Positions 1 through 13,030 of a stretch of 64,000 nt of DNA are shown here, piece after piece. The translations under genes and the position numbers were made by a program. The stretch is from contig OX597818.1 of the NCBI GenBank assembly GCA_951406725.2, positions 60,822,001-60,886,000 of the forward strand, given 5' to 3'. Position 1 is the stretch's first letter; each line of letters begins with the position of its first letter. A model generated the notes under the pieces. The model searched no databases. It was not told where the DNA came from and saw nothing but the letters and a program-made list of their open reading frames with translations. Source of the stretch: Octopus vulgaris. Its lineage: Eukaryota.

Positions 1-88
1 AATGAAGACTATGGAGTTTGAGATTGTCTTTAAAATTCAAATAATAATAGAAGTAAACATACAAAATGAGAGAGAAATAATCATAAGA

Positions 89-455
89 GCAGGCGTGGCT
101 GTGTGGTAAGAAGTTTGCTTCCCAACCACATGGAACTGAGTTCAGTCCTACTGCATGGCTCTTTGGTCAAGTGCCTTCAATAATAACTTTGCACCGAACA
201 AAGCCTCCGAGGACGAAAACTAATAGAAGCCCGTCGTATATATATAATGTGTGTGCGTGTATTTGTCCCACCAGTATCGCTTGACAATCTGTTTCGGTGT
301 GTTTACGTCCCTGTAACCTAGCGGTTCAGTAAAAAGACCAATAAAATAAGTACCAGGTTTGAAAACAATCAGTAGTAGGGTCGATTCATTCGACTAAAAC
401 TTTTTCAAGTAGGTGCCTCAGCATGGCCGCAGTCTAATGACAAAAACAAATATAA
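89..455 (+). mobile_element. tRNA-derived SINE family 1 (octopus OR-like CORE-type), degenerate copy
   Basis: Head GGCGTGGCTGTGTGGTAAG...GAGTTCAGTCC, internal TA/GT microsatellite, tail CAGCATGGCCGCAGTCTAATGAC; matches the better copies at 12467 and 43650. Confidence 0.8.
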
Positions 456-1024
456 AGATACAAGGCATCTCAACATGGTTCTAATTTGTGCTTGATTTAA
501 ATAGCGATTGCTATTAAACGCACTTTGTTGGGTGGAAAATGAGCGGCATTTCATCTCAGAATAAGGTAGCCAACTACTGTGCCATTTATATGAATAGACA
601 CCTTCATTTTTCTTAGTGTGAGAAAGCTAACGAGATAAACAAACATATAGATAGATAAGTATATAAGACAGATAAATAAATACACACACTTATGTATATA
701 TACTTACATATGTACATATCTGTGTGTGTGTGTACATATATATGTATGTATTATGCGTGTATGTGTACATGCCATATCACACCACATCGTGCACATTAGC
801 ATTGACCACTTCCCAGCACACACGCCAGCGCACACTCTATTACTGACCACTTCCCAGCACCTACACCATCATCCACACACCTACACATGCCCACACGCAC
901 ACGTCAATGTCACCAGCCACCTTCCACGCACACATACTCGCATGCGCACCTTCATTTTGGGATCACCACTACTTTATTATCTCCCCTTCTTCCCAGCCCT
1001 CCTGTGTGGCACCTCTGTCCGGTA

Positions 1025-1225
1025 TTCGCCATGATAGATCGCTAGTCACTAAACCTTTTTCTATTTTCTCTCCCTGTTTATTTCTGTGTTCCTTTCTGTC
1101 GAAGAGCGTAGACTCGAAACGTAAAAGACTTTCTCACTTCCCAAGCGTTAAACTAATACATCTGTCTGTTGTTTACACACCCTTCTTCGTCTTTTGTTGT
1201 TTGTTTATTTTGTAAATTCTCACCA
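1025..1225 (+). mobile_element. Short hammerhead-bearing repeat, family H1 (PLE pseudo-LTR-like)
   Basis: Homologous to 16485-16665(-) and 41365-41570(-); ends in (TA)n. Confidence 0.7.
1092..1127 (+). ncRNA. Minimal type I hammerhead-like motif, variant core
   Basis: cttt-CTGTCGA-A-gagcgtagactc-GAAAC-GTA-aaag: stem I cttt/aaag, stem II hairpin, GAAAC-GUA. Confidence 0.55.
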
Positions 1226-1256
1226 TATATATATATATATATAATTTATATATACA

Positions 1257-1295
<39 letters not shown>

Positions 1296-1298
<3 letters not shown>

Positions 1299-1693
1299 TT
1301 ATATATAAAAGTCAAGTTGTGTGTCTGCCTCCTACGATTTAGATTCCTAACTACTCCCACATTTTGCGGTGCAGTTTAACCAAAACCGGGTATCTTATAG
1401 TCGTGATTCATATCAAGCCCTTCTGGGTATTAGCGCGCGTCTACGATGAGTCTACGATTTAAAAAAAAATTACCATAATTTTTTTTTCCATTTTAATGCA
1501 TTTTTTCGCTATTATATAAGGGAAGTAACTCTCTAAAAATGTCTACGATGAGTCAACGATTTAAAAAAAAAATTACCATCATTTTGTTTCCATTTTTAAT
1601 GCATTTTTTTTTCTATTTTTGGCTATAACTCTCTAAAAATGCTTATATAGTTATTTCCCTTACAAACCCGAGCAACGCCGGGCGATACTGCTA

Positions 1694-1694
<1 letters not shown>
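1296..1694 (+). mobile_element. Non-autonomous Helitron, family A
   Basis: 5' TC after A; 3' subterminal hairpin CCCGAGCAACGCCGGG then CTAG|T; no TSD; second copy at 4018. Confidence 0.8.
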
Positions 1695-1731
<37 letters not shown>

Positions 1732-2696
1732 AGCTTTTAAGTATTCTCAGAATAACAAAATCACGAGTCATCAAAATACAGGTATGAACATAAATTTTTA
1801 GAATCTCTTAAAAGATTATGACGTACAGCTCTCCCTTTGTTATTCAAAGACACTGACAAATTTCTACCTCATAAAAAAATTTCACCTACTTTCATGATAT
1901 GATTCAATATTGTTCTCATAAAACAAGGCAACAATGGCAGGTAGCTATCTATGGAGACGATTAACAGTGACATAACTTGGAGACTTCCAGACTTGGAGAA
2001 AAACTGATATATATTTAAAGTACTCAACTAATTTTTTTTATAATGTCAGTTATACACCTCTTTGCTTGTCTATATTGCATCCTTTTGTTCGTTTGTGCAT
2101 TTTTTTTTTTACACTGCAAATAACTAAAATCTGAATAAATCTATTTATTGATGCGCCTTCTATCTGTAAACGTTAAACAACAAAAATGGTGAAACAAAAA
2201 TTTTATACCTGCAAAGCATACACAGAAAGTGAGAAATAGAGACTATTTAAATTACGTTTTTTTTCTTTTTTTATATTTGTTAATAACTTTATTAGAAGTA
2301 TATGCAGGAAAGCATACTTTTCTGACACCCAAAAAAAAAAACAATTCAAAAAATAAATGGAAATATGGATTTAAATCTAATTATTACCCACCCCGAACCC
2401 AAATAAGCTACTGTTGAAAGAGTTTGAAGGTGACCTTATTTATATCTAATTAAAAATACATAATTTAGGGAGACCAATAACGATTCCCGGAAGAAATTGA
2501 AGCAACGTGACATAAAAAATTTCTAACCAATTATCCAAGCAGACAAGATTAAAAACGAATATGAGATTAACAAATAATAGATCATATTATAAGATGCTAT
2601 ATAGACATCGCTAATACTTACTGAAAAGTAGAATTGAATACAATTTGCAAAATAAACAGCCAAATTGAAGTATTCATAGAATGGTGGGAATGGTTA

Positions 2697-3030
2697 GGCG
2701 CAGGCGTTTTGGCTCAGTCTCACTGAGTGACACCTTGGGCAAGTGTCTTTTACAATAACCTCAAGCAGACCAAAACTTTGTGAATAGATTTGGTAGACGG
2801 AAACTGACAGAACCCCGTCGTATATATGTGTATCTATGTGATTGTGTGTTTGTATCTGTGTTTGTCACCCACCACCGCTAGACAGCCGTTGTTGGTATGT
2901 TTACGTTACCATAACTTGGCAGGGAAAGGCAGAAAGATAGAATGAGCGCTAGGGTAGATTCGTTCGACTAAACTTCTTCAAGATGGTGTCCCAGTGGGGC
3001 TGTAGTCTAATGACTGAAAAAAGTAAAAGA
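2697..3030 (+). mobile_element. SINE family 1, degenerate copy
   Basis: CACCTTGGGCAAGTGTCTT core, GGTAGACGGAAACTGA, tail TAGTCTAATGACTGAAA. Confidence 0.75.
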
Positions 3031-4017
3031 TAAGCATTGAAAATAACATTTGAATTAGACATTACAAAGGAAACGAAGTTCCTTCATATGGAAATCATCA
3101 CTTCATCTCTTTTGATGCTAACAAAGCAAAGAGAAACCAGCCATTCACTTCGTTGACCCTACTAAAACGGAAATTAGCCAAAACAGATAAAATTATCACT
3201 TCATGCATTTTGTAATAAAACTAAATTATTCATAGAATGGTTTGAATTAAAAAAAGATAAAGCAGGTTCGACATACACATGTGTCAGCTAATTATAACCA
3301 AAACCTTTACTTATTGATTGATGTTTTACATTACGTTAGAATTATCATTAGCATAAAATACATGAAAACCGATAAATAACATTATCGCTCGATAAATAAC
3401 ATTACATAATTAAGACATCGTCTTCAAACCCATTTTTTTGTTAGTATGCGGCACATAGTCACTTAATATACATAATCTTTAACCACTGTTAAAATTCCGG
3501 GAGAAGTTCCATATTTGAGAAAGAGGCCTCTATTGAGATGACGGCTATTTACTTCCAAAAAGCCTAGATTCTTTCTTTAAAAACTGTGGCTTTAAATACA
3601 ATGTTACTGTAGCCAGCTTCTTAGATGTTACCCGAAATTTTAACAATTAGTAATTTCATTCATATCATAACCGGGATCAAACATTTAATTATAAAACAAG
3701 CTATCAAATTTTCATATTCTTCCAGACCACAGTTAGCAGATGCTCTCGTCTCTTCTAATGCGTAGAAACTTATTTTTAAAATCATTAAAATCACTCGTCA
3801 TTACAATTAATAGTAACTGTAACTGAAGAAACAATAATACCAACCAAATGGAGTTGAACTAAATGGACGAAATTATTGATTAGCTATATACAATGAAGCA
3901 AACAATAGCGAAAAGAATATGTACTATACTAACAGCTGATACATTCAAAGTACTGTACAACCACGATATGCATACATTTTGTAACATTTATTTATGAACT
4001 AAAATTCTAACATAAAT

Positions 4018-4413
4018 TCTTTATATATAAATGTCAAGTTGTGTGTCTGTCTCCTACGATTTAGATTCCTAACTACTCCCACATTTTGCGGTGCAGTGTA
4101 ACCAAAAGCGGTTATCTTATAGTCGTGATTCATATCGAGCCCTTTTGGGTATTAGCGCGTGTCTACGATGAGTCTACGATTTTAAAAGAAATTTACCATA
4201 ATTTTTCCGTATTTTTAATGCATTTTCGCTCGGTTTATATAAGGGAAGTAACTCTCTAAAAATGTATTATTAAATCTCAGAATGTAAAAAGCTACAGCAA
4301 CACCCCCCTTTGTGGTTAGCCATATTGAGATGGCTATTATACTTTACATCTCTAAAAATGCTTATATAGTTATTTCCCTTAAAAACCCGAGCAACGCCGG
4401 GCGATACTGCTAG
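4018..4413 (+). mobile_element. Non-autonomous Helitron, family A
   Basis: Aligns with 1296-1694; same hairpin + CTAG|T end. Confidence 0.8.
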
Positions 4414-4479
4414 TAGAATATAAGAGTGAAGGTTAAATCATACAATGAAAATAAAATATCGCGTAATATTTTCAAACCG

Positions 4480-4740
4480 AAGTTATGATATCAAAGATAT
4501 AAATAATGATATTCAAATGTAATAAACCAATATTTGTGAAGGATATCCACAGATGAAGGAATTTCCGGCGAATATGGTGGGTGGGGCATCGTTTCCCATT
4601 CAAACTGCTCCAGCCTTTGGAATGTCATCCTCGCTAGATGTGACCGAGCATTATCCTGATGGAAGAAAACCTTCCGTCTTAAAACCAAAGATGGTCGTTT
4701 TTTCTTCTGGCACTGACTTAAATGACTGGTTGATAATATT
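4480..4740 (-). pseudogene. mariner transposase fragment
   Basis: ORF 4491-4688 has FHQDNARSH and PHPPYSPEIP (mariner catalytic motifs); homologous to 6190-6365. Confidence 0.85.
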
Positions 4741-5942
4741 CCTAAAAAAACCTTTGTGCTCCATAAACAAATTATAAATTAAATTTCGACTTTCCGTTTA
4801 AAAGCAGCTTTAAACATCATCGGTTGTTCATACATAGTGTATGTGTTTTGTTTATATGCCATTTTGCTTCGGGAATACGTCTTGAGAAAGCTCCCTACAC
4901 GACGTCGAGTGTTGGAGAACTCTCATAAATATATTCAGATAGATAATGTAATCCCAATATTCTAATCTGTTTCTTAGAATTATGTAAAACACCTCGAATT
5001 TCTTAAAGAATACTGAATACTTCGCCATCCTACCTCTCTCCAAAATCGTCTTTTATTAATATTTTATTTTATTTATGTTTACATTATTATCTTATTGTTA
5101 TCTCGTTTAAGCCATATCATCATTTTTCTTAATTACCTTCACGATCTTAATTACAAGTTAATTTTTAATTTAACTGGAAAAAATTCTGTCTTTTAATATG
5201 TTATTTAAAGACATTTTATGAAAATATTTTTTGTAAATACTTTTTTTTTCTCTAAACGCGGTTTCAATAGAGATACGTTATACACAGATTTCCATCCACA
5301 ACTAGACATAACCGCTTCCTTTTTAGTTTCCCATAAATGATAGATCTAAGTTCTAACCAAATTAACATATAATTAAAGAGATCGCAGATATGATGGGGAA
5401 AAGGAAAGAGTATCTTCATGAAGCAAATATCCACGCGCTCAAAAAGAAAAGACCCTCCATTTTTATCCCCTTCTCATAAAATTTACATCATCTATGGTAA
5501 AACATTATAATTAGTGTTATTTAAAATCTACCTTATCATCACAGCGTAATTGTCATTATCATGAACAATATCACGCTTTAATTAACTATATATGAGGCAT
5601 AAATGTTTTTACCAAATAATTATTCCTTATAATTAAGCACCAAACGTTTCTGTCTCTATAATTAGACAAAACATCATTAACATAGTGTTGATGCGAAAGA
5701 CACCACTATAGCTCAAAACAAACCTGCCACCCACCTTACGAAAACAAAATACGGATGTTAGCATATTTTAGAATCTCTTTAAAAAACCTATGGTGTATAA
5801 GTATTCCTTTGTTGTCTGATACTTATATCTCATAAAATGCTTCTCGCTTACTTTTATGAATTAACTACAAAAGTTCTCTAACACAAAGCAACAGCTACAA
5901 AATACCTTAATTTAGTGAAGATTGGTGATAAGATACCAAGTA

Positions 5943-6828
5943 TTAGGTCATCGCATAAATAATGCGGATTTTTTTTATGCTTCTTATATTTTTCAAAATT
6001 AATCTAAACAAAGTTCATTATTAATCTAAAGTATACTCTCCTTCATTTTCTACAATGCTCTTCAGTCTATCTGATGCACTTGCAAGGCCCCTCTTCCAAA
6101 GTTCACTTGTCAGTGGCGAAAATACTCCTCCAGTACTGTTCTGACTTCTTTTCCGTCAAAATAACTTTGAAGATTGCAGAATAAATGATAATCAGATGGG
6201 GCAATGTCCGGCGAATATGGTGGGTTTTTTTATTCAAATTGCTCCAACCTTTGAAATGTCATCCTTGCTGGATGTGGCCGAGCATTATCCTGATGGAAGA
6301 ACACCTTCCGTCTTGGAACTAATGATGGTCGTTTTTCTTCTAGCGCTGACTTAAATGACAGGTTGAATGACCAAATCCAAGCTTCTCTGCTAGTTCCTCA
6401 ACAGTTATGATGGGATTTTGCTTCACCAGGGTTTGCAGGACGTCCTCGTCGAGCTCTACAGATCATCCAGGATGAGGCTCGTCTTCTAGACTGTAGTTTG
6501 CGGTTCGGAATCTCTAGAACAACCGTTGACACTAGCTTACGGTTTCTGTCCGATCCCCATATACCGCATTAATATTTCTCGCACTTTCTGTTACTTTGTT
6601 GCCTTTATTGAAATCATAAAGTAAAATATGCCGGATATGCTCTTTGTCACTTGTATCATAGCTTTGAAAAAAATGACTGTTAAAATCGAACTGCACTCTT
6701 CAAAACTTGCACTAAGAATAAGGACAAGGTAAAATTACTACCTGCTTTTATAGCAGGTAGTTTATTTCGTCACCATCCGACTTTTAGTTCATGCAATTGA
6801 AAAACGCATCATTTATGGGGTGAGCCAA
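5943..6828 (-). mobile_element. Internally deleted mariner element
   Basis: Degenerate TIRs TTAGGTCATCGCATAAATAATGCG / CGCATCATTTATGGGGTGAGCCAA flanked by TA; internal decayed HQDNARPH...PPYSPDIAPSDYHLF coding. Confidence 0.8.
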
Positions 6829-7102
6829 TATCTGGCGATTATACACTCACAAACACACACATATATGCTTACATATATATATATGAACATACCTAAATAT
6901 ATGTACACAATAATTCAATTAAATAGATAGAGACCTTGGGTTTAAATGTACAAAATATATATGCATGTATACATGTAAAAAGAGAAAGCAAAATTAAAAT
7001 TATCAGACGCTTAACAATCAAGTATAAATATACATATTTTAATAAACTACACATACTCAAATTAGATACACTCAGAGAAATAGAAGTAAGAAGACGTTAC
7101 AA

Positions 7103-7226
7103 GTCCGACAGCTGTTTCAGAGGGTCCAGAGTTACTTCATTATGTTGGCAGATGTAGTTCATCAAACATTTGCAACCAATAAGGGAAGCAAACAACCACT
7201 GGTAAAGCCTCTTTCATCAGGGTGGA
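7103..7226 (-). ncRNA. Hammerhead-like motif with ~85-nt insertion in stem II
   Basis: Minus strand: cc-CTGATGA-a-agagg...cctct-GAAAC-AGCT-GTC-gg; palindromic stem III ACAGCTGT. Confidence 0.5.
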
Positions 7227-7251
7227 TAGATAAGAGTTTAATATATGTAAA

Positions 7252-7307
<56 letters not shown>

Positions 7308-7326
7308 TATATACATACATATATAC

Positions 7327-7358
<32 letters not shown>

Positions 7359-7690
7359 GAGTATATATACATATGTATTCCGATTTAAATATTTCATCAT
7401 ATATACTTAATCATATATATATATATATAAGCATACATATGTGTGTGTGGTTGCTATTATACAAAAGTGTCGTAAGTCCAAAACGTTGCTTTTTCAAAAA
7501 TAAAAAAAATAGTTTCCCCATTCCGTAGCAAACCCGTTATGCTACACTGACAATTTTCGATATCTTGGCATCTGAAGCAGCTGAAGATACGAGAGTTTGA
7601 ACAAAAGAACCAGCTATTGCAAGCAAAAGTAAATATTGAAAAAACGCACCTGGCCAAATTTGGACACACGTCAGTTTAACATAAAAGCAA

Positions 7691-7789
<99 letters not shown>

Positions 7790-7897
7790 CATATATATAT
7801 ATGCATATATATATATTTGATTTGATTTTCCAGTTTCAGCTTATGAGCTGTGGCCATGCTGGGGCACCGCCATTTGGTGTTGCTACTTGGTTGCACT

Positions 7898-9880
7898 TCA
7901 TGAAGGCTTTCTAGCAACTGCTATTTGGTGCATGAGAGAGTTCGATGCAGCTGCCCTCATCTGCCCCTCCTGCCGTGAAGTTGGTTCATCTGGGACACCT
8001 GACAGGAAGAGATCCAGCTTCATTCTAAAGACATCTGTATCCACCCCATGCAGGTCTCTCAGGTTCTTAGGGAGGATATTGAAGAGCTGTGGGCCTCGGA
8101 AACCCAGGCTATCACAGAATCTTGTCCTACATCTTGATGGCAAGTTTGGAGTCCTAGGCACCACGCAGTGGCGCCCAGTTCTGGCATTTGCGTAACTCTC
8201 GATGCCAAAGTTCAGGACACTTCCCTCCAGGATCTTCCAGATGTATATTATGGCATATCTTTCCCGCCTACGCTCCAGGGAATATAATTTTAATTTCCTG
8301 AGTCTTTCCCAGTAGCTTACATTCTGCATAGAGGCTATCTTCTTCATGTAGCTACGTTGGATCGCCTCGAGCTCTGTGATCAACTTGACACTGGATGGTG
8401 ACCATAACTGAGAGCAGTAGTCAAAGTGGCTTAGGACAAGTGTCCTCCAGAGGACCATCATGGTTTCTTGTTCTCTTGTTCTAAAGGTTCTGAGGATCCA
8501 TCCGGCCAGTCGTCTACATTTCATTGCCAATTTAGCAACATGTACACGAAAGGTTGCGTCATCACTCATGTAAATACCCAGGTCACGCACTGATTGTGCC
8601 TCTGGAATTGCAATTCCTCCGGGTCCAGTGTATTCATTGGGTATTGCATTTAGTTTTGCATGCTGATAGTATAAAGCTTGAAACTTTTCAGCATTGAACT
8701 GCATGCTATTCTTTTCGGCCCACTTGTATATTTTGTCTAGCTCACATTGCAGGTGTTTAGTGTCCTCAGGGTTCTGTATTGCCTGTGAAACTTTTGTATC
8801 ATCTGCATAACTTGTGATCGTGGCTCTCTGCGTGGCTGAGGGCATGTCTGAGAGGGCCATTATGAACAGTAGTGGTCCCAGAACAGTGCCCTGCGGAACA
8901 CCGCTCACTATTTGCGTGTTAATGGAAGTGGCCCCATTGGCCACCACCACCTGACTTCTATCTTTCAGAAAGTCATGAAGCCATTCTCACAGTTTTCCAG
9001 CTATGTTGAGATCACGCAGTTTGTGACATATCATTCCATGGTCGACTTTATCAAAGGCCCATGCAAAGTCGAGATATATCACTTCCACATTTGAGTGGTT
9101 GAGCAGCCGTTTCAGCACCCAGTCATAGTGTTGTAGGAGCTGAGTTAAACAGCTTCTCCCTGGTCGGAAACCATGTTGGGTGTCGGGCAGCAAGTCATTT
9201 TCTTCAAGGAAGGTGATCAGCTTCCTTCTGACTATTCGTTCCATGACCTTGCTGATGTGTGAGGTCAGAGAGATAGGTCTATAGTTCTTGGCTTCCGCTC
9301 TGCTACCTCCTTTATGAATGGGGCATATTTTACCTTCCTTCAGTTTTCTTGGAAGTTTGCCAGCTGCAAGGAAGCTCTGAAAGAGGAACTGCAGTGGTCT
9401 TGCTAGGACTCTCTTACATGCTTTTAGGAGGATTGCCGGGAATCCATCGGGGCCAGTAGCTGAGTCTGTTTTCATTTCATCTATAGCCTTGATTACATCG
9501 TCTTCCTTTATATCGATGTAATCTATCGTCGCCGCCTCTGATTTTATATCTGCAGTGGTAAAAAAGTCAGTTGGATTGGTGATTTGGAGATGCCCAAGGG
9601 GTAGAGTGAAAACACTCTTGAATTGCTCATTCAGTATTTCACTTACCCTCATTGGTTTTCCTGTAAGTGTGCCATCCTTTTCGAGGAGTGGCCCTATTCT
9701 ACAGTGCACCGTAGCTGTTTCTTTGGCATACCTGTAGAAAGCTCTGGGGTTAGATTTTATGTTGTCTATAGCCCAGGCTTCTTTGTCTGCTCTTTCCTTT
9801 TCATGGGAGAGTTTCAGACATTTTTCGATTTCCAACAGTTTTATTTTTAGGCGGGACTTTTCACTGCTTTCAATCTGTTT
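7898..9880 (-). pseudogene. LINE ORF2 reverse transcriptase + C-terminal domain with one premature stop
   Basis: ORFs 8987-9835 and 7898-8950 are in the same frame, separated by one TGA (AGKL*EWLHDFLKDRSQVVV). Motifs GPDG, NYRPISLTS, QHGFRPGRSC, GVPQGTVLGPLLF, YADDTK, RDLG, SYWERL..L.LYSLERRR. Confidence 0.92.
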
Positions 9881-9961
9881 GTTTAGGCGATTTGAAAATT
9901 TTGTACGCCGGTTTAGGCGATTTGAAAATTTTGTACGCCGGTTTAGGCGATTTGAAAATTT

Positions 9962-9965
<4 letters not shown>
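9881..9965. repeat. 30-bp tandem repeat (~2.8 units) at the LINE 5' junction
   Basis: GTTTAGGCGATTTGAAAATTTTGTACGCCG repeated. Confidence 0.95.
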
Positions 9966-10035
<70 letters not shown>

Positions 10036-11102
10036 TACATATATAGAAGAAACTATAGAAGAAACAAAATAAAAGAAAAATTCACATTAAATGAACGATC
10101 CGAGGAAGCAAAAGATGAACTTAGTGAGGAAATCTGAGAAGTAATTATCAGTTAAGTTCCTAATTTAAACATGCCTCTTCCACAGGCAATATGTATGAAA
10201 ACCTCAAATAAACAACTGATCCAATCGAGAAACAAACTACAGCCTTAAAATTAAAATCTGATGAGGTCGTTAATAAGGTCATTGATGAGGTCATTGATGA
10301 GGTCAAAGACAGAAAGGTGGCTGCGGCTCAACCCCTAACTGTATTTCCATAGCAGAGAATACAAAGCCCGCCCCGAGGGAATTTTCTCCGTAAAGCAGCA
10401 CTACCAACCTACCAACACCAGTCTCCAGTACAAAGAGGTAGAAAATCCAAGATATCTGGGCCCCCTCCAATCACGACCATCGTCTAATATAATGTCTAAA
10501 CTCACCAACAGAATATAGAAAAACAAGAACCTTACACTGTACACTAGGGTGATGGCTCATCAAGATGCGCTTTCATCACTTTTTTTATATAGTAACAAAA
10601 CATGACCGATATATGTTGGACAGGAGAGTTTAGATATGTAACATGAAACAGGCATCGGATGGAAAGATACAGCCACACATTCAGAGGTGTGTGGCGGATT
10701 GAGTTTTCGATTGTCGGGTTATATGTACCGCGCGGGCGAAGAGCGCATCTCTGAGTATCTACATCTGCTGTACAGGTAACTTGAGTGCAGATTGCCTCTG
10801 ACAAACCGTTCCTTCAGAAATACCGGGAAGTGTGCCAAACAGACCTCCGTTTCGCGAACATTGACATATAGCCATGGAAGGATAAGGGATAAGGCATCAA
10901 CCCGGTTATCCAAGAGATAAGCTGTGAAGTGAAAGGTCGAAATACATGGCTATGATCGAAATAAAGTTTCGAGCTGTAAAAAGAGAAACATGGAAGGTAT
11001 GGACTCATTCTTCGACTGCAGGAAAGACCATCATTCTCCAATAGCTTTACGTTGTCATTGGATACGATGTACCAACATAATGAGGGGAGATCTAACCGTT
11101 AT

Positions 11103-11103
<1 letters not shown>

Positions 11104-11134
<31 letters not shown>

Positions 11135-11404
11135 TGTTGTTGTCATAAGCAGCAGCAGTATCGACGTCGTCGTCGTCATCATCATCATCATCATCATCAT
11201 CAACAGCAGCAGCAGCGCCGTTATCATCATCATCATCATCATCAAAAAGATCATCATCATCAACTTCATCATCGTCTTCATCATCATCGTCATCTTCATC
11301 ATTTTTTCATCATCGTCTTCATCACCGGTGTTGTCACCAGCAGCACAGCGGCATTGTCATCGTTGTCATCATCATCATCATCATCACCATCATCATTATC
11401 GTCG

Positions 11405-11440
<36 letters not shown>

Positions 11441-11565
11441 CCATCATCATTATCGTCGTCATCATCATCATCATATCATCACCATCATCATCATCATCGC
11501 CATCATCATCACCATCATCACCATCATCACCATCATCATCACCACCACCATCATCATCACCGTAT
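11104..11565. repeat. (CAT)n-rich compound microsatellite
   Basis: Direct inspection. Confidence 0.95.
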
Positions 11566-11773
11566 CATTGTCTGCTCTCATTTCACTGAACTCCATGGAT
11601 CACTCTGTCACCTTCACACCATATCAGTCTTTTCTTCTCTTTGTCCTTCCTTCCTGACGGGAATCGCTGTCTTTTTAACTATGTTCCATTATTGATATTA
11701 TACCCAACCATCCAATTATTAGTCGGCCTCTCTCTCTCTTTCTCTCTCTCACCATTCACATTTCTCTCTCCTA

Positions 11774-11806
<33 letters not shown>

Positions 11807-11809
11807 AGG

Positions 11810-12210
11810 CATTTTTTTCTAATTAAGTGTCCAAAATATTTTAGTTTTATCACTTTGATGGAGTCTAATAAAATTTTCTTAGTTTTTACCATTTTTAATA
11901 GTTCATTACTGGGGTTGTTATTTGCTTCGTTTTTGCTATTTCGTTGCTGTTTTTTCTTCATTCCATAAGATTTCCCAGAGTCTTCTCGATGCCCACATTT
12001 GAAAGCCTTCTAATCTAATTCATAATACTTTTGTTATTATCCATGTTCCAGCTCTCCACAGTAGAGTGGACGACGCATAACATCTTAATAGTCTTTTTCT
12101 GGTTTCAGTATTAATGTTTCTTGACGCTAATACGTTTATCTTTTTTTTTTTTTCTCCGCATCAGTTTCTAACGCAAGCCTTCTTTTGATTTCTGTTTCAC
12201 GTTTCCCATT
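11810..12210 (-). mobile_element. Decayed RTE-clade LINE 3' fragment
   Basis: KLKYFGHLIR motif and RTE-like upstream residues in broken frames. Confidence 0.55.
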
Positions 12211-12218
12211 TACTGAAA

Positions 12219-12251
<33 letters not shown>

Positions 12252-12466
12252 TGTATGTATGTATGTATGTATGTATGTATTTATGGATGTATGTATGTGT
12301 TTATGGATGTATGTATGTATGTATTTATGTATGTATGTATGTATGTATGTATGTATGTATGTATGTATGTATTTATGGATGTATGTATGTATGTATGTAT
12401 GTATGTATGTATGTTATGTATGTATGTATGTATGTATGTATGTATGTATGTATGTATGTATGTATA

Positions 12467-12875
12467 GGCGCAGGAGTGGCTGTGTGGTAAGTAGCTTGCT
12501 AACCAACCACATGGTTCTGGGTTCAGTCCCACGGCGTGGTATCTTGGGCAAGTGTCTTCTGCTATAGCCCCGGGCCGACCAATGCCTTGTGAGTGGATTT
12601 GGTAGACGGAAACTGAAAGAAGCCCGTCGTATATATGTATATATATATATAAGTGTGTGTGTGTATATGTTTGTGTGTCTGTGTTTGTCCCTCTAGCATT
12701 GCTTGACAACCGATGCTAGTGTGCTTACGTCCCCGTCATTTTGCGGTTCGGCAAAAGAGACCGATAGAATAAGTACTGGGCTTACAAAAAATAAGTCCTG
12801 GGGTCGATTTGCTCGACTAAAGGTGGTGCTCCAACATGGCCACAGTCAAATGACTGAAACAAGTAAAAGAGTAAA

Positions 12876-12878
<3 letters not shown>
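12467..12878 (+). mobile_element. SINE family 1, full length
   Basis: GGCGCAGGAGTGGCTGTGTGGTAAG A-box, GGTTCAGTCCC B-box, CORE-like TTGGGCAAGTGTCTT, internal microsatellite, tail CACAGTCAAATGACTGAAACAAGTAAAAGAGTAAAAGA. Confidence 0.9.
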
Positions 12879-12961
<83 letters not shown>

Positions 12962-13030
12962 GTATATATATTTCGATTTTGGATTTGGTTTGCAAGATTC
13001 TTTATATGAGTTCGTGTGTTGAAGCATATT

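Larger units (their letters stand above)
7817..9965 (-). mobile_element. CR1-type LINE, 5'-truncated, flanked by (TA)n on both sides
   Basis: RT ORF2 remnant, short 3' UTR with stem-loop, (AAATC)n tail. Confidence 0.92.

Noticed and set aside
9881-9965. CRISPR-like 30-bp repeats
   Set aside because: No spacers, eukaryotic context, and part of the LINE reading frame
10140-11090. Higher-complexity segment, possibly an exon or decayed retroelement; CTGATGA at ~10258
   Set aside because: No convincing protein motif or splice structure; no stem II/GAAAC/NUH geometry for a hammerhead
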